From an uncultured Geobacteraceae bacterium (lineage in GTDB: Bacteria; Desulfobacterota; Desulfuromonadia; Geobacterales; CAIOGM01), in assembly GCA_903902345.1 (NCBI GenBank), contig CAIUUR010000414.1, positions 2,353 to 66,352 on the forward strand: a stretch of DNA of 64,000 bases. Reading direction: 5' to 3'. Each line of letters opens with the position of its first letter. Positions within the stretch are counted from its first letter, which is position 1. Below are positions 16,563-28,541 of this stretch, in pieces. The notes under the pieces are model-generated. The model did not search any database. It was not told the DNA's origin and saw only the letters and a program-made list of their open reading frames with translations. The translations under genes were made by a program, and so were the position numbers.

Positions 16563-16898
16563 ATGGAAGCACAAGCCAAACTGACCCAGGCGCGTCTGTC
16601 GCCCCGTAAGACCCGTCTCGTCGTGGATATGATCCGTGGACGCGGCATCCAGGATGCTCTTACGATACTCAAGTTTTCCCCGCAACCCTCGGCAAAGCTT
16701 GTGGCGAAGTTGCTCTCTTCTGCAGTCGCCAATGCCGAGCAGAAAGGGGTTTCGGATGTTGACCGGCTTTTCGTGAAAACTGCTTTTGTGGACGGCGGCG
16801 CCGTTCTTAAACGCTTTACACCGCGAGCCATGGGCCGAGCAAGTAAAATTAGAAAACCGACAAGCCATATTACCGTGGTTGTGGCGGATACCAAATAA
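16563..16898 (+). CDS. rplV: 50S ribosomal protein L22
   Basis: 111 aa, [26 protein letters not shown]... Confidence 0.97.
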   Translation: MEAQAKLTQARLSPRKTRLVVDMIRGRGIQDALTILKFSPQPSAKLVAKLLSSAVANAEQKGVSDVDRLFVKTAFVDGGAVLKRFTPRAMGRASKIRKPTSHITVVVADTK

Positions 16899-16923
16899 CG
16901 TACCAGAAGGTGGAGGTGAGGTT

Positions 16924-17553
16924 TTGGGCCAGAAAGTAAATCCGATCGGCTTCAGGCTTGGAGTAATCAAGACCTGGGATTCCAAATGGTTTGCCAAGGC
17001 GGACTATGCCAAGCTGCTTCATGAGGATCTCAAACTGAGAAACTTCCTGAAAAAGCGTTTGTATTTGTCAGGTGTCTCGAAGATAGAGATAGAACGGGCA
17101 GCCAACAAGGCGAAGATCAATATCTTCACCGCTCGTCCCGGCCTGATCATCGGGAAGAAAGGCTCCGAGGTTGAGACTCTGAAGAAGGATCTCGCCAAGC
17201 TAACCAGCACTGAGATCTTTCTCAACATTCAGGAAGTTCGCAAGCCTGAGTTGGACGCTCAGCTGATCGCTGAGAACGTTGCCATGCAACTGGAGCGGCG
17301 CATCGCCTTCAGGCGCGCCATGAAGAAAAGTGTTCAATCATCTCTCAAGTTTGGCGCCAAAGGGATCAGGATAACCTGCTCCGGTAGACTTGGAGGCGCT
17401 GAGATGTCTCGTACAGAGTGGTACCGTGAGGGGAGAGTTCCGCTCCACACGCTTCGCGCTGACATTGATTATGGATTTGCCGAGGCCAAGACCACCTACG
17501 GGATCATTGGGGTGAAGGTGCTCGTCTATAAAGGTGAGATCCTCACTACTTAA
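16924..17553 (+). CDS. rpsC: 30S ribosomal protein S3
   Basis: Track ORF 16786..17553 overlaps rplV. Trimmed to TTG 16924 ([13 protein letters not shown]...) after GGAGGTGAGG. Confidence 0.95.
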   Translation: MGQKVNPIGFRLGVIKTWDSKWFAKADYAKLLHEDLKLRNFLKKRLYLSGVSKIEIERAANKAKINIFTARPGLIIGKKGSEVETLKKDLAKLTSTEIFLNIQEVRKPELDAQLIAENVAMQLERRIAFRRAMKKSVQSSLKFGAKGIRITCSGRLGGAEMSRTEWYREGRVPLHTLRADIDYGFAEAKTTYGIIGVKVLVYKGEILTT

Positions 17554-17576
17554 TACCGCACCAGGAGTTTGCAACG

Positions 17577-17999
17577 ATGTTAATGCCTAAACGCGTCAAA
17601 CATAGAAAACAGATGAAGGGGCGGATGAGCGGATCTCCCCAGCGCGGGGTCTCTCTCTCCTTCGGTCAGTTCGGCCTCCAGGCGACAGAATGTGGATGGC
17701 TGGATTCGCGCCAGATCGAAGCGGCGCGTATCGCCATGACCAGATATGTCAAGAGGGGAGGAAAGATCTGGATCAGAATCTTCCCTGACAAGCCGCTTAC
17801 GGCAAAACCTGCCGAGACACGCATGGGTAAAGGTAAGGGCTCTCCTGATTCATGGGTTGCTGTCATTAAACCGGGGCGGATGATCTATGAGATGGAAGGA
17901 GTCAGCGAAGAGGTAGCTCGTGAAGCACTTCGGCTGGCGGCTCATAAGCTCTCCATTGCCACTAAATTTGTAACGAGGAACCAGGCCAATGAAGGTTAG
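17577..17999 (+). CDS. rplP: 50S ribosomal protein L16
   Basis: [17 protein letters not shown]..., 140 aa. Confidence 0.97.
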   Translation: MLMPKRVKHRKQMKGRMSGSPQRGVSLSFGQFGLQATECGWLDSRQIEAARIAMTRYVKRGGKIWIRIFPDKPLTAKPAETRMGKGKGSPDSWVAVIKPGRMIYEMEGVSEEVAREALRLAAHKLSIATKFVTRNQANEG

Positions 18000-18174
18000 C
18001 GAACTCAGAAAACTTGACAGGGAACAACTTGTGGCAAAGGAGTCGGAGTTAGCTCAGGAGCATTTTAACCTGAAGTTTCAGCTCCATACCGGGCATTTAG
18101 AAAACAGCGCCCGGATTGATTCCGTCCGGAAGAGCATTGCACGGGTGAAAACCATTCTCCACGAAACGGCATAA
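17989..18174 (+). CDS. rpmC: 50S ribosomal protein L29
   Basis: 61 aa, [31 protein letters not shown]. Confidence 0.95.
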   Translation: MKVSELRKLDREQLVAKESELAQEHFNLKFQLHTGHLENSARIDSVRKSIARVKTILHETA

Positions 18175-18184
18175 GGTGACACAT

Positions 18185-18433
18185 ATGAGTGAAGAGCGCG
18201 GCAGTAGAAAGACTCTCGTGGGCGTGGTCGTGAGCGACAAGATGGACAAGACAGTTGTTGTCAAGGTAAACCAGCTCGTCAAACATCAGCTCTACAATAA
18301 GTATATCAGACGCACGGCCAAGTATAAGGCCCATGATAAGGACAATGCGTGCAAGACCGGCGACAGGGTCCTCATGGTTGAGACGCGACCGTTGAGCAAG
18401 GATAAGCACTGGAACGTGCGCGAGATTTTATAA
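18185..18433 (+). CDS. rpsQ: 30S ribosomal protein S17
   Basis: Track ORF starts at GTG 18176. ATG 18185 ([28 protein letters not shown]) follows AAGGTG. Confidence 0.95.
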   Translation: MSEERGSRKTLVGVVVSDKMDKTVVVKVNQLVKHQLYNKYIRRTAKYKAHDKDNACKTGDRVLMVETRPLSKDKHWNVREIL

Positions 18434-18458
18434 GAACCGTGAGTCGAGGAGTATTCCG

Positions 18459-18827
18459 ATGATACAGATGCAGACTGTCCTGGATGTTGCAGACAATTCC
18501 GGGGCCAAAAAACTCTATTGCATCAAAGTGCTGGGCGGTTCCAAGCGGAAGTATGCCGGCATAGGTGATATTATTGTCGCTTCGGTTAAAGAGGCGATCC
18601 CGAATTCCAAGGTGAAGAAGGGTGACGTGGTAAAGGTTGTCGTCGTCCGAACAGCCAAGGAACTTGGCCGACCCGACGGCACTTATATCCGTTTTGATGA
18701 TAACTCCGGTGTTGTCATCAACAACAATAAGGAGCCAGTGGGCACACGTATCTTCGGTCCTGTTGCCAGGGAATTGCGGGCGAAGAAATTCATGAAGATC
18801 ATTTCCCTCGCACCGGAAGTACTCTAA
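18459..18827 (+). CDS. rplN: 50S ribosomal protein L14
   Basis: [27 protein letters not shown]... Confidence 0.98.
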   Translation: MIQMQTVLDVADNSGAKKLYCIKVLGGSKRKYAGIGDIIVASVKEAIPNSKVKKGDVVKVVVVRTAKELGRPDGTYIRFDDNSGVVINNNKEPVGTRIFGPVARELRAKKFMKIISLAPEVL

Positions 18828-18844
18828 TTCAGGGAGAATCGTCA

Positions 18845-19174
18845 ATGTTAGGCAAGAAGCTGCATGTGAAAAAAGGTGATACCGTCATGGTGATCACCGG
18901 TAAAGATAAGGACAAGACCGGAAAAATCATAGGTCTCGTTCCGAAAAAAGATGGCGTCCTCGTGGAAGGGCTAAACGTTGTAAAGCGGCATACCCGTGCC
19001 AAGGGTAATGAGGCTGGAGGCATCGTCGAAAAAGAAGCCCCGCTCCATATATCCAATGTCATGGTTTACTGCGAAAAATGCAAAAAGGCAGTCAGGACGC
19101 GCATAAACGTGCATGAAGACGGGACCAAAGAGCGTCTCTGTACAAAATGCGGCGACTCCTTTGACAATAACTAG
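18845..19174 (+). CDS. rplX: 50S ribosomal protein L24
   Basis: 109 aa with KOW motif [20 protein letters not shown]. Has a C-terminal Cys pair extension (CEKCKK...CTKCG). Confidence 0.95.
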   Translation: MLGKKLHVKKGDTVMVITGKDKDKTGKIIGLVPKKDGVLVEGLNVVKRHTRAKGNEAGGIVEKEAPLHISNVMVYCEKCKKAVRTRINVHEDGTKERLCTKCGDSFDNN

Positions 19175-19185
19175 CGAGGGCAGCG

Positions 19186-19728
19186 ATGGCACGGCTTAAA
19201 GAGTTGTACGAAACAGAGATGATCCCGCAGCTAACCAAGGAATTCTCCTATAAGAATATCATGGAGGTCCCGAAGATAGTCAAGATTATCATCAATATGG
19301 GGCTTGGTGAAGCCATTCAGAACGTCAAGATCCTTGACTCGGCTGCGGCAGAAATGACGTCCATCGCTGGTCAAAAGCCGGTAATCACCAAGGCCAGAAA
19401 ATCCATCGCCAGCTTCAAGCTCCGCGAAGGAATGCCCATTGGTTGCATGGTGACGCTTCGTAAAAACCGGATGTACGAATTCCTTGACCGTCTGGTCAAT
19501 GTTTCTCTGCCTCGGGTTCGAGACTTCAAGGGAATCTCACCCAAGGGTTTCGATGGGAGAGGCAATTACTCCCTTGGCATCAAGGAGCAGCTCATTTTTC
19601 CCGAGATCAATTACGACAAGGTTGACAAGATCAAGGGGATGAACATAACGATCGTAACAACGGCAAAAAGCGACGATGAAGCACGGCTCCTGCTTAAACT
19701 TCTCGGCATGCCGTTCAGAGCGCAATAA
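19186..19728 (+). CDS. rplE: 50S ribosomal protein L5
   Basis: [20 protein letters not shown]..., 180 aa. Confidence 0.97.
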   Translation: MARLKELYETEMIPQLTKEFSYKNIMEVPKIVKIIINMGLGEAIQNVKILDSAAAEMTSIAGQKPVITKARKSIASFKLREGMPIGCMVTLRKNRMYEFLDRLVNVSLPRVRDFKGISPKGFDGRGNYSLGIKEQLIFPEINYDKVDKIKGMNITIVTTAKSDDEARLLLKLLGMPFRAQ

Positions 19729-19746
19729 TCAGGTTCGGAGGAACTC

Positions 19747-19932
19747 GTGGCAAAAACATCGATGATACTGAAGGCCCAACGGCCCGGCAAATTCAAGGTG
19801 CAGGAATACAATCGTTGTCCTATCTGCGGGAGGCCACGGGCCTATTACCGGAAGTTCGATATGTGCCGGATCTGCCTCCGTAAATATGCATCGGCAGGAT
19901 TGATTCCCGGCGTAACAAAATCAAGCTGGTAA
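19747..19932 (+). CDS. rpsN: 30S ribosomal protein S14, short zinc-ribbon (type Z) form
   Basis: 61 aa, GTG start, CPICG...CRIC zinc motif. Confidence 0.96.
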   Translation: MAKTSMILKAQRPGKFKVQEYNRCPICGRPRAYYRKFDMCRICLRKYASAGLIPGVTKSSW

Positions 19933-19968
19933 GCCGTACAGGCCAATGTCTACAGAGGAGTACATTCG

Positions 19969-20367
19969 ATGTCGATGACCGACCCCATAGCCGATCTGCT
20001 CACGAGGATCAGAAACGCCGCAGGCGCGAAACACCAAAAGGTTGATATAGCTTCTTCAAACCTCAAGGTTAATGTTGCTACAGTCTTAAGGACTGAAGGC
20101 TTCATTAAGAATTATAAGCTTATTGCTGATAACAAACAGGGAATTCTCCGGATCTATCTCAAGTATATTGACGAAAAGGATAGCGTCATCAACGAAATCA
20201 AGCGGATCAGCAAACCCGGCAGTCGCGTCTATGTCGGGAGCGACGATATCCCGCGCGTCAAGAACGGGCTGGGGATCGCTATCCTCTCCACATCCAAGGG
20301 CATTCTGACCGATAAATCGGCTCAGGAAGCAGGTGTCGGGGGAGAACTCCTCTGTACAGTCTGGTAA
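19969..20367 (+). CDS. rpsH: 30S ribosomal protein S8
   Basis: [17 protein letters not shown]... Confidence 0.98.
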   Translation: MSMTDPIADLLTRIRNAAGAKHQKVDIASSNLKVNVATVLRTEGFIKNYKLIADNKQGILRIYLKYIDEKDSVINEIKRISKPGSRVYVGSDDIPRVKNGLGIAILSTSKGILTDKSAQEAGVGGELLCTVW

Positions 20368-20394
20368 TAACACGGAAAGCTAGGAGCAAAGCGT

Positions 20395-20934
20395 ATGTCC
20401 AGGATTGGTAAACTGCCCGTAGTAATTCCGAAGGGAGTCAAGATTTCCTTCGCTGAAAATGTCATAACCGTACAGGGGCCCAAAGGGACCTTGAGCCGGA
20501 CCCTGATGGACGAGATAAATCTCGACATTTCCGAGACCAGTATCGTTTTCTCCAAGAAAGTCGATGACCTGAAATCCCGGGCTGCTTTTGGCTTGACCAG
20601 GACCCTGGTGGATAACATGGTCGCCGGCGTCACCAACGGCTTCAGCAAAGCTCTTGAGATCAACGGAGTCGGTTACCGTGCTGAAGCCAAGGGGGATGTT
20701 CTGAACCTTGCCCTTGGCTATTCTCATCCCATCGTCTTTCCTCTGCCTGCCGGAATCACGGTGGAAGTAGACAAGATGACCAAGTTGTTGGTCAAGGGAA
20801 TTGACAAAGAGGTTGTCGGGGCGACTGCCGCTAAAATCAGATCTTTCCGCAGTCCGGAACCGTATAAAGGTAAGGGTATCAAATACGCCACCGAGACTAT
20901 ATTGAGAAAAGCCGGAAAGACCGGTAAAAAATAG
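20395..20934 (+). CDS. rplF: 50S ribosomal protein L6
   Basis: [19 protein letters not shown]... Confidence 0.98.
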   Translation: MSRIGKLPVVIPKGVKISFAENVITVQGPKGTLSRTLMDEINLDISETSIVFSKKVDDLKSRAAFGLTRTLVDNMVAGVTNGFSKALEINGVGYRAEAKGDVLNLALGYSHPIVFPLPAGITVEVDKMTKLLVKGIDKEVVGATAAKIRSFRSPEPYKGKGIKYATETILRKAGKTGKK

Positions 20935-20958
20935 TAACAACGGGTAAGGAGTGACACC

Positions 20959-21327
20959 GTGAGCACCATGGATCAGAAAAAGGTGGCCCGCCTCAAACGG
21001 CAAGTCCGCGTAAGGAAGAATGTACTCGGTACCGGAGAGAGGCCCAGATTGAACGTCTTCAGGAGCGCCAAGCATATGTACGCGCAACTCATTGACGATA
21101 CGACGGGGAACACGCTTGCGGCCGCATGCAGCAGAACCTTGAGTGATGATCCGGAAGTAACGTATACCGGGAACATCGTTACTGCTAAAAAAGTTGGTGC
21201 TGCCATTGCACAAAAGGCCCTCGCTTGTAATATTACGAAGGTCGTGTTTGATCGCAACGGCTTCCTGTATCACGGCCGAGTCAAAGCACTTGCTGATGCC
21301 GCCCGTGAGAACGGACTTTGCTTCTAA
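20959..21327 (+). CDS. rplR: 50S ribosomal protein L18
   Basis: GTG 20959 lies 7 nt after AAGGAG. Basic N-terminus ...[14 protein letters not shown]. Confidence 0.95.
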   Translation: MSTMDQKKVARLKRQVRVRKNVLGTGERPRLNVFRSAKHMYAQLIDDTTGNTLAAACSRTLSDDPEVTYTGNIVTAKKVGAAIAQKALACNITKVVFDRNGFLYHGRVKALADAARENGLCF

Positions 21328-21349
21328 CGATCATAACAAGGAGAACTCG

Positions 21350-21835
21350 GTGGTGAAGATAAATCCTGCTGAATTGAATCTTACGGATAAAGTGGTGCAG
21401 ATCAATCGCTGCGCCAAGGTTGTCAAGGGCGGACGTCGTTTCAGTTTTTCGGCGTTGGTAGTTGTCGGCGACGGTAACGGTCATGTGGGGTACGGCCTTG
21501 GCAAGGCTAATGAGGTTCCCGAGGCAATCCGCAAGGGTGTGGAACATGCCAAAAAGAATATCGTGAAAGTACCGCTGCAAGGAAAATCCATCCCCTACGA
21601 ATCCATCGGGCATTTTGGCGCAGGAAGGGTTCTCATGAAACCAGCCTCGGCAGGAACCGGAGTGATTGCCGGTGGAGCTGCTCGTGCCGTCTTCGAGGCT
21701 GCCGGGGTCCATGATATTCTCTCCAAGTGTCTTGGGAGCAATAACCCTCACAACGTTGTCAAGGCGGTCTTCGAAGGTCTCAGGACCCTCCGTAGTCCCG
21801 AAGAACTGATGGCCAGACGTGGACTCGGCGAATAA
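21350..21835 (+). CDS. rpsE: 30S ribosomal protein S5
   Basis: Track ORF 21194..21835 overlaps rplR. Trimmed to GTG 21350 ([33 protein letters not shown]) after AAGGAG. Confidence 0.95.
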   Translation: MVKINPAELNLTDKVVQINRCAKVVKGGRRFSFSALVVVGDGNGHVGYGLGKANEVPEAIRKGVEHAKKNIVKVPLQGKSIPYESIGHFGAGRVLMKPASAGTGVIAGGAARAVFEAAGVHDILSKCLGSNNPHNVVKAVFEGLRTLRSPEELMARRGLGE

Positions 21836-21863
21836 CCGGTATAAAGCCAGAGGGAGTAAATAG

Positions 21864-22043
21864 ATGTCAAACGTACTCAACATTACGCTGAAAAAAAGCC
21901 ATATCGGGCGTCCTGCCGCTCACAGAGCGGTGCTGAACGGTATGGGTCTCACAAAAATCAATAAAACTGTATCTTTAGCCGATACGCCGGAAATCAGAGG
22001 GATGATTCGTAAGGTCAGCCACATGATTTCTGTTGCCGAATAA
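21864..22043 (+). CDS. rpmD: 50S ribosomal protein L30
   Basis: Not in the ORF track (59 aa). My translation is MSNVLNITLKKSHIGRPAAHRAVLNGMGLTKINKTVSLADTPEIRGMIRKVSHMISVAE*. Conserved position between rpsE and rplO. Confidence 0.9.
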   Translation: MSNVLNITLKKSHIGRPAAHRAVLNGMGLTKINKTVSLADTPEIRGMIRKVSHMISVAE

Positions 22044-22055
22044 ACGAGGTATCTC

Positions 22056-22496
22056 ATGGAACTGAACACACTTAAACCGGCACTGGGCGCAACAAGAGAT
22101 CGGAAACGGATTGGGCGTGGTCCCGGGTCCGGGCACGGCAAGACCTCGACCAAGGGTCACAAGGGTCAGAAAGCGCGCAGCGGCGGAAGTATCAAAGCCG
22201 GCTTTGAAGGCGGCCAGATGCCCTTGCAGCGTCGTTTACCCAAGCGCGGCTTTACCCCTCTGAGCCGCACTGAATATGCAGTGGTAAATCTCAAGCAACT
22301 CAATGTCTTTGAAGACGGGGCAATTATTGATATCCAGGTTCTTATGGAACGGGGCATTGTCAAGAAGGGTCTGGACGGATTGAAGATTCTGGCGGATGGT
22401 GTTCTTGACCGGAAATTGACCGTTAAGGCGGATAAATTCAGTTCCGTGGCCAAGGAAAAAATCACCGCAGTCGGCGGAACTGTCCAGGAGATCTGA
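22056..22496 (+). CDS. rplO: 50S ribosomal protein L15
   Basis: [38 protein letters not shown]... Confidence 0.97.
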   Translation: MELNTLKPALGATRDRKRIGRGPGSGHGKTSTKGHKGQKARSGGSIKAGFEGGQMPLQRRLPKRGFTPLSRTEYAVVNLKQLNVFEDGAIIDIQVLMERGIVKKGLDGLKILADGVLDRKLTVKADKFSSVAKEKITAVGGTVQEI

Positions 22497-22498
22497 CC

Positions 22499-23806
22499 TT
22501 GCTAGAGACCTTTCAGAACATATTCAAGATTCCTGAGCTGAAGAAGCGAGTACTCTTTGCCCTGGGAATGCTGGCCGTCTACAGGATAGGGTGCCATATT
22601 CCGACACCAGGTATCGATGGACAGGCTCTTGCGCATTTCTTCAAGCAGGCACAAGGGACCCTTCTGGGGATGTTCGATATGTTCTCCGGTGGCGCCCTGG
22701 AGAAACTGACGGTCTTTGCACTGGGGATCATGCCGTATATCTCCTCTTCCATCATCTTCCAGTTGTTGACTGTCGTGGTTCCGGCCATTGACAAACTCTC
22801 CAAGGAGGGTGAAGCTGGTCGGAAGAAGATCGTACAGTACACACGATACGGCACGATTGTGCTGAGCGTTGTACAAGCCATGGGAATCAGTATTGGTCTG
22901 GAGAGCATGAGAGGTCCGGCGGGTGAACTGGTTGTACCCAGTCCTGGTTGGGGTTTTCGTCTGATGACAATTATAACCTTGACTGCCGGGACCGCCTTTA
23001 TCATGTGGCTTGGCGAGCAGATGTCAGAGAAGGGGATTGGTAACGGTATCTCGCTGATCATTTTTGCGGGAATCGTCTGCCGGATACCATCAGCCATTGG
23101 TACCTCCATTCGTCTTCTCTCAGTCGGGCAATTGTCCCTCTTTGCTCTCCTTCTTGTGCTGGTGGTGATGTTTCTGGTTATTGCCGTCGTTGTTTATGTG
23201 GAACGTGCGCAGCGGAGGATGCCGATCCATTACGCCAAGCGAGTCGTTGGGTTGAAGACCTACGGAGCGCAGACTTCTCATTTGCCTCTGAAAATCAACA
23301 TGAGTGGTGTCATCCCCCCCATCTTCGCGTCATCCATCATCATGTTTCCGGCGACCATTGCTAATTTCATAAATATTCCGTGGGTACAGCGAGCTGCCAA
23401 GAGCCTGTCCCCCGGGAATTGGGCCTACGAGATTTTTTATGTTGCATTTATTGTCTTCTTCTGTTACTTCTACACGGCTGTAACTTTTAACCCGATAGAT
23501 GTCGCAGAAAATATAAAAAAACATGGTGGCTATATTCCGGGAATTCGCCCCGGTAAAGAGACCTCCGAGTATCTGGACAAAGTTCTTACAAAGCTGACCT
23601 TTGTCGGTGCCATCTACATATCTGCAGTCTGCGTTCTTCCTTCGCTACTGATCGGTAGATTTAATTTGCCTTTCTATTTCGGTGGAACTGCACTTCTTAT
23701 TGCAGTGGGCGTCGGGATGGATACGGTGTCACAGATCGAATCGCATTTAATTACCCGGAGTTATGAAGGTTTTATGAAGGGTGTCAGAATTAAGGGGCGT
23801 CGATAA
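22499..23806 (+). CDS. secY: Preprotein translocase subunit SecY
   Basis: 435 aa, TTG start, multi-TM protein. Conserved position after rplO. Confidence 0.97.
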   Translation: MLETFQNIFKIPELKKRVLFALGMLAVYRIGCHIPTPGIDGQALAHFFKQAQGTLLGMFDMFSGGALEKLTVFALGIMPYISSSIIFQLLTVVVPAIDKLSKEGEAGRKKIVQYTRYGTIVLSVVQAMGISIGLESMRGPAGELVVPSPGWGFRLMTIITLTAGTAFIMWLGEQMSEKGIGNGISLIIFAGIVCRIPSAIGTSIRLLSVGQLSLFALLLVLVVMFLVIAVVVYVERAQRRMPIHYAKRVVGLKTYGAQTSHLPLKINMSGVIPPIFASSIIMFPATIANFINIPWVQRAAKSLSPGNWAYEIFYVAFIVFFCYFYTAVTFNPIDVAENIKKHGGYIPGIRPGKETSEYLDKVLTKLTFVGAIYISAVCVLPSLLIGRFNLPFYFGGTALLIAVGVGMDTVSQIESHLITRSYEGFMKGVRIKGRR

Positions 23807-23822
23807 CCAGAGCGAGAGTATC

Positions 23823-24476
23823 ATGAACCTCATTCTTCTCGGACCGCCTGGGGCCGGTAAAGGCACCCAGGCGAAAATGCTTATTAGGAAGTTTGGTCTT
23901 CCTCAGATATCCACTGGTGACATCCTTCGTGCTGCGGTAAAAGAGGGAACACCCATGGGTATCAAGGCCAGAGAATTCATGGATGCCGGCTCACTGGTTC
24001 CCGACAGTGTTGTGGTCGGAATTGTTGAGGAACGTCTGGCTTTTTCGGATTGTCACCGCGGATATATACTGGATGGTTTTCCACGGACGGTGGCGCAGGC
24101 TGAATCGCTTTCTGCGACACTTCTCTCCAAGGGTTCCGATATCGACCATGTTCTTGCCCTGACGGTGGATAAGGAAGAACTGCTGTTGAGAATCACCGGT
24201 CGACGAACCTGTAAAGTATGTGGCGTGGGATATCATACGCTCTATGATCCTCCCACAGAGTCTGGTACCTGCAGGGCCTGTGGCGGAGAACTGTATCAGC
24301 GAGATGATGATCGAGAAGAGACCATGCGACGTCGCCTTGAGGTCTATGACCTGCAGACATCACCATTAGTGAACTATTACGCCGAACGCAATCTCCTTCG
24401 CACGGTGGATGGTATGGGTGATATGTCTGAGATACAACAAAAACTTGTAACCATAATAGAAAGTAAACAGGGGTGA
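23823..24476 (+). CDS. adk: Adenylate kinase (zinc-lid type)
   Basis: Trimmed to ATG 23823 (MNLILLGPPGAGKGTQA). Lid cysteines CKVCG...CRACGG. Confidence 0.97.
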   Translation: MNLILLGPPGAGKGTQAKMLIRKFGLPQISTGDILRAAVKEGTPMGIKAREFMDAGSLVPDSVVVGIVEERLAFSDCHRGYILDGFPRTVAQAESLSATLLSKGSDIDHVLALTVDKEELLLRITGRRTCKVCGVGYHTLYDPPTESGTCRACGGELYQRDDDREETMRRRLEVYDLQTSPLVNYYAERNLLRTVDGMGDMSEIQQKLVTIIESKQG

Positions 24477-25219
24477 TAATCCTCAAATCGCCCCAGGAAA
24501 TAGAAAAAATAAGAGTTTCTGCACGCATGGTGGCGGAAATACTCAGTTTTCTCAAGAGTGAGGCCAAGCCCGGAGTAACTACACTAAGGCTTGACGAGCT
24601 TGCCGAGAGTGAGGCTTTGCGTAGGGGCGCCAAGCCCGCATTCAAGGGATACAGTGGTTTCAAACATGCCATTTGTGCCTCGGTCAACCGTGAGGTTATT
24701 CACGGAATCCCCGGTAAAAGGGCACTTGTTGACGGTGACATCCTGAGTATTGATTTCGGCATTCTTTACGATGGCTTTTATGGTGACGCTGCTGTGACCA
24801 TCCCCATCGGCAAGGTATCGTCGGCGGCAGAAAGGTTACTTACCGTCACCAACGAGTCTCTACAGGTAGCGATACAGTTTGCTCGACCGGGAAACAGGCT
24901 TTCCGATATCTCTCATGCCGTGCAACAGTATGTAGAAGCACGAGGTTATTCGGTGGTGCGTGAATTCGTTGGTCACGGTATTGGTCGTAACCTCCATGAA
25001 AATCCACAGATACCGAATTATGGACCACCCGGCAAGGGAGTTCGGTTGAAACCGGGGATGGTTCTCGCGATAGAGCCCATGATAAACGAGAAGGGTGCTG
25101 CCGTCTACACAATGGAAGACGGGTGGACCACGGTAACCAGTGATGGCGGGTTGTCGGCTCATTTCGAACATACGGTTGCCGTAACCGGGGATGGACCGGA
25201 TATTTTGTCAAAATTGTAG
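24473..25219 (+). CDS. map: Type I methionine aminopeptidase
   Basis: 248 aa, GTG start overlapping the adk stop. Sequence includes VCHGIP-like (VIHGIPG), HFEHTV. Confidence 0.95.
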   Translation: MIILKSPQEIEKIRVSARMVAEILSFLKSEAKPGVTTLRLDELAESEALRRGAKPAFKGYSGFKHAICASVNREVIHGIPGKRALVDGDILSIDFGILYDGFYGDAAVTIPIGKVSSAAERLLTVTNESLQVAIQFARPGNRLSDISHAVQQYVEARGYSVVREFVGHGIGRNLHENPQIPNYGPPGKGVRLKPGMVLAIEPMINEKGAAVYTMEDGWTTVTSDGGLSAHFEHTVAVTGDGPDILSKL

Positions 25220-25250
25220 TCGCAGCTATCTGCAGCGAAAGGAAATGAAG

Positions 25251-25364
25251 ATGAAAGTAAGGGCATCGGTTAAGAAAATTTGTGTAAAATGTAAAATTGT
25301 CAAGAGAAAAGGTCACGTAAGAGTCATTTGTGACATTCCGAAACATTCCCAGCGGCAGGGATAA
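25251..25364 (+). CDS. rpmJ: 50S ribosomal protein L36
   Basis: Not in the ORF track (37 aa). My translation is [37 protein letters not shown]. Canonical L36 with a Zn ribbon. Confidence 0.93.
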   Translation: MKVRASVKKICVKCKIVKRKGHVRVICDIPKHSQRQG

Positions 25365-25389
25365 GCATCTTTAACAGGAGGAACGGGCT

Positions 25390-25758
25390 TTGGCACGTAT
25401 CGCGGGTATTGATTTACCGAAAAACAAAAGAATTGAGATTGCACTGACCTATATTTACGGTATCGGTCGTTCCGCGTCTCAGACAATCCTCACCGGCGCA
25501 AATGTTGATTTCAACACTCGCACCGAAAATCTCACCGAGTCCGAGGTTTCTCGGATACGTGAGAGCATTGATAAGAATGCCAAGGTGGAAGGCGATCTTC
25601 GTCGTGAGATCTCCATGAACATCAAACGTCTCATGGATCTTGGTTGTTATCGCGGACTTCGCCATCGTAAAGGTCTTCCTGTCAATGGCCAGAGGACTAA
25701 AACCAACGCCCGTACGCGTAAAGGCCCTGCCAAGACCGTGGCCGGTAAGAAGAAATAA
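25390..25758 (+). CDS. rpsM: 30S ribosomal protein S13
   Basis: TTG start; [26 protein letters not shown]... Confidence 0.97.
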   Translation: MARIAGIDLPKNKRIEIALTYIYGIGRSASQTILTGANVDFNTRTENLTESEVSRIRESIDKNAKVEGDLRREISMNIKRLMDLGCYRGLRHRKGLPVNGQRTKTNARTRKGPAKTVAGKKK

Positions 25759-25785
25759 TACGTAACGTACAACCCCGGAGGAGTC

Positions 25786-26181
25786 ATGGCAAGCCCTGCA
25801 AAAAAAGTCGTCAAAAAGAAAAAAGAGCGTAAAAATATTCCCATGGGGATAGCCCATATTCAAGCTACTTTTAACAATACCATGATCACGATTACCGATC
25901 CGGTCGGTAATGTCGTTTCATGGAGTACATCCGGATCCAAGGGGTTCAAGGGATCCCGTAAGAGTACCCCTTTTGCTGCTCAGATCGCTGCTGAGGATGC
26001 TGCTAAAAAGGCACAGGAACATGGCATGAGAAGTGTGGAGGTCCTCGTTAAGGGGCCCGGTTCGGGACGTGAATCCGCTCTGCGCGCACTTCAAGCTGCC
26101 GGCTTCATCATCAGTATGATTCGTGACGTGACACCCATTCCGCATAACGGTTGTCGTCCCCCCAAGAGAAGAAGAGTCTAA
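25786..26181 (+). CDS. rpsK: 30S ribosomal protein S11
   Basis: ...[22 protein letters not shown]... Confidence 0.97.
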   Translation: MASPAKKVVKKKKERKNIPMGIAHIQATFNNTMITITDPVGNVVSWSTSGSKGFKGSRKSTPFAAQIAAEDAAKKAQEHGMRSVEVLVKGPGSGRESALRALQAAGFIISMIRDVTPIPHNGCRPPKRRRV

Positions 26182-26214
26182 GACTTACAGCTTATAACGT
26201 TAGGAGGTTGTACA

Positions 26215-26841
26215 TTGGCACGGTATACAGGACCTTCATGCCGGTTATGTCGCAGGGAGAACATGGAATTATCCCTGAAAGGCGAACGCTGCTTCACCGA
26301 TAAATGCGCTATCAAGCGGAGAGCCTACCCTCCGGGTCAACATGGCCAGGGGAGAACCAAGGTAACCGATTACGGGACCCAGCTCCGTGAAAAACAGAAG
26401 GTGCGTCGCATCTACGGGATTCTGGAGAAACAGTTCCGTGGTTACTTTGAAAAGGCGGATCGTATGAAAGGAGTAACTGGCGAAAATCTGCTGGTTCTTC
26501 TGGAAACTCGTCTGGATAATGTCGTATATCGTCTTGGTTTTGCTTCTTCACGTGGCGAAGCGCGGATACTGGTGAGACACGGACATTTCATAGTTAATGG
26601 TCGGAAAGTCAATATTCCCTCCTTCCAGGTTCGCCCTGGTTCCGTTATCGAGTTACGCGAGAAGAGTCGCGCCATAGCCTGTATCAATGAGTCTTTGGAC
26701 GCCGTTGTTCGTCGTGGCACCCCACAATGGCTGGAACTGGATAAGGTAGCCTTTAAAGGTGTTATGAAGATACTTCCTGTGAGAGAAGATATTTCGATTC
26801 CGATTCAGGAGCAGTTGATCGTCGAGCTATACTCCAAGTAG
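26215..26841 (+). CDS. rpsD: 30S ribosomal protein S4
   Basis: TTG start; [31 protein letters not shown]... Confidence 0.97.
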   Translation: MARYTGPSCRLCRRENMELSLKGERCFTDKCAIKRRAYPPGQHGQGRTKVTDYGTQLREKQKVRRIYGILEKQFRGYFEKADRMKGVTGENLLVLLETRLDNVVYRLGFASSRGEARILVRHGHFIVNGRKVNIPSFQVRPGSVIELREKSRAIACINESLDAVVRRGTPQWLELDKVAFKGVMKILPVREDISIPIQEQLIVELYSK

Positions 26842-26941
26842 ACCATGGACCTCTGACACAGGGGGACACCGGTATGAGCGCCGGTAATGCGCCACCCTGT
26901 CGGTGGTACCTGCACCGTTAAACGGAGTACGGAGGAGATAG

Positions 26942-27964
26942 ATGCACAAGAACTGGCGCGACCTGATAAGACCGAAACGGCTTCAGGTCGAAGGTGACAG
27001 CTATACCGATACGTATGGAAAATTTATCGCCGAGCCCTTTGAACGTGGCTTCGGTACGACTCTGGGCAACTCCCTCCGGCGCGTGCTCCTGTCTTCTTTG
27101 CAGGGGGGTGCGATAACATCGGTAAAGATCAAGGGTGTTCTTCACGAGTTTTCTTCGATACCTGGAGTTACAGAGGATGTTACGTCCATCATTCTCAACC
27201 TCAAGGGAGTCAGACTCAAGGTACATGGTCAGGAACAACGGACCATTCGGATACTCCACAAAGGCGCCGGAATCGTTACTGCAGGCGATATTATCACCGA
27301 TCACAATGTGGAAATACTCAACGCTGACCATCATATTGCTACCTGCTCTGCAGATGCGAATCTTGAAATGGACCTCACTGTCAAGATCGGTAAGGGGTAT
27401 GTTCCTGCAGATCGGAACCGGGATGAAAAGGCCTCTGTTGGGACCATTCCCATAGATTCCATTTTTACACCGATCACGAAGGTCAATTTCGTGGTAACTA
27501 ATGCCAGGGTCGGTCAGATGACCGATTATGATAAGTTGAGCCTGGAAGTCTGGACAGATGGTAGTGTCAAACCTGATGATGCCGTTGCTTACGCCGCAAA
27601 GATTCTCAAGGAACAGCTTTCCATATTCATAAATTTTGATGAGGAAGCAGAACCGTACGAGGAAGCGGAGAACGAAGAAGATCGCGACAAAATAAATGAA
27701 AATCTCTACCGGTTGGTGGATGAATTGGAACTCTCGGTCCGTTCCGCCAATTGTCTTAAAAATGCCGGAATAAAGCTTATTGGCGAGTTGGTCTCCAAGA
27801 CTGAAGCGGAGATGCTAAAGACGCAGAATTTCGGCAGGAAGTCGTTAAACGAAATCAAGGATATTCTAGGGGATATGGGGTTGACCCTGGGCATGAAACT
27901 GGATGGTTTTCCCGACCCGGAAGTGCTCAGACGTCTGCGCGGCGAGCGCAAGGAAGAGCAATAG
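26942..27964 (+). CDS. rpoA: DNA-directed RNA polymerase subunit alpha
   Basis: 340 aa, ...[26 protein letters not shown]...; C-terminal domain [14 protein letters not shown]. Confidence 0.98.
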   Translation: MHKNWRDLIRPKRLQVEGDSYTDTYGKFIAEPFERGFGTTLGNSLRRVLLSSLQGGAITSVKIKGVLHEFSSIPGVTEDVTSIILNLKGVRLKVHGQEQRTIRILHKGAGIVTAGDIITDHNVEILNADHHIATCSADANLEMDLTVKIGKGYVPADRNRDEKASVGTIPIDSIFTPITKVNFVVTNARVGQMTDYDKLSLEVWTDGSVKPDDAVAYAAKILKEQLSIFINFDEEAEPYEEAENEEDRDKINENLYRLVDELELSVRSANCLKNAGIKLIGELVSKTEAEMLKTQNFGRKSLNEIKDILGDMGLTLGMKLDGFPDPEVLRRLRGERKEEQ

Positions 27965-27998
27965 CGTTACCGGCAGCGGTCAAGAAAGGATTTAACTC

Positions 27999-28487
27999 AT
28001 GCGTCATGCAAGTACGGGCAGAAGGCTCGGTAGGAAGACCAGTCACCGGATTGCCATGTTCAGAAACATGGTAACCTCTTTTTTCATCCACGAGAAGATC
28101 ACAACCACCGACTCCAAGGCAAAAGAGATCCGCCCCATTGCGGAAAAACTCATAACCTTGGCCAAACGTGGCGACCTTCATGCGCGTCGTCAGGCCGCTG
28201 CCTACATCCGGGACACGAAAACGGTGGCCAAGCTCTTTACTCAGATTGCACCCCGGTACCAGGAGCGAGACGGCGGGTATACCAGGATCATAAAGCTGGG
28301 TGTACGTCCCGGGGACAACGCCGAGATTTCCATCATCGAGCTGGTGGAAGAGGCGCTAGTGAAGAAAACGCCAAAGAGTAAGCCGGTGAAGAGTGCAACT
28401 CCTCCCGTTGCAGTCGTGCAGGCTGCCGTCGAGGCGCCCGCTGTCACTGCGGTAGCCGAAGAAGCGTGTGAAGCTTCAGCCGATTAA
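27999..28487 (+). CDS. rplQ: 50S ribosomal protein L17
   Basis: [29 protein letters not shown]...; has an Ala/Val-rich C-terminal tail. Confidence 0.97.
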   Translation: MRHASTGRRLGRKTSHRIAMFRNMVTSFFIHEKITTTDSKAKEIRPIAEKLITLAKRGDLHARRQAAAYIRDTKTVAKLFTQIAPRYQERDGGYTRIIKLGVRPGDNAEISIIELVEEALVKKTPKSKPVKSATPPVAVVQAAVEAPAVTAVAEEACEASAD

Positions 28488-28509
28488 AAACAGTGCTTGA
28501 AAAGTAACG

Positions 28510-28541
28510 AAAGGCGGGGGAACAATCCTCCGCCTTTTTTT
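28510..28541. terminator. Bidirectional rho-independent terminator between rplQ (+) and the bioH-bioC fusion (-)
   Basis: AAA-GGCGGGGG (28513-28520), loop AACAAT, CCTCCGCC (28527-28534), then TTTTTTT. The A-run on the other side serves the - strand. Confidence 0.75.
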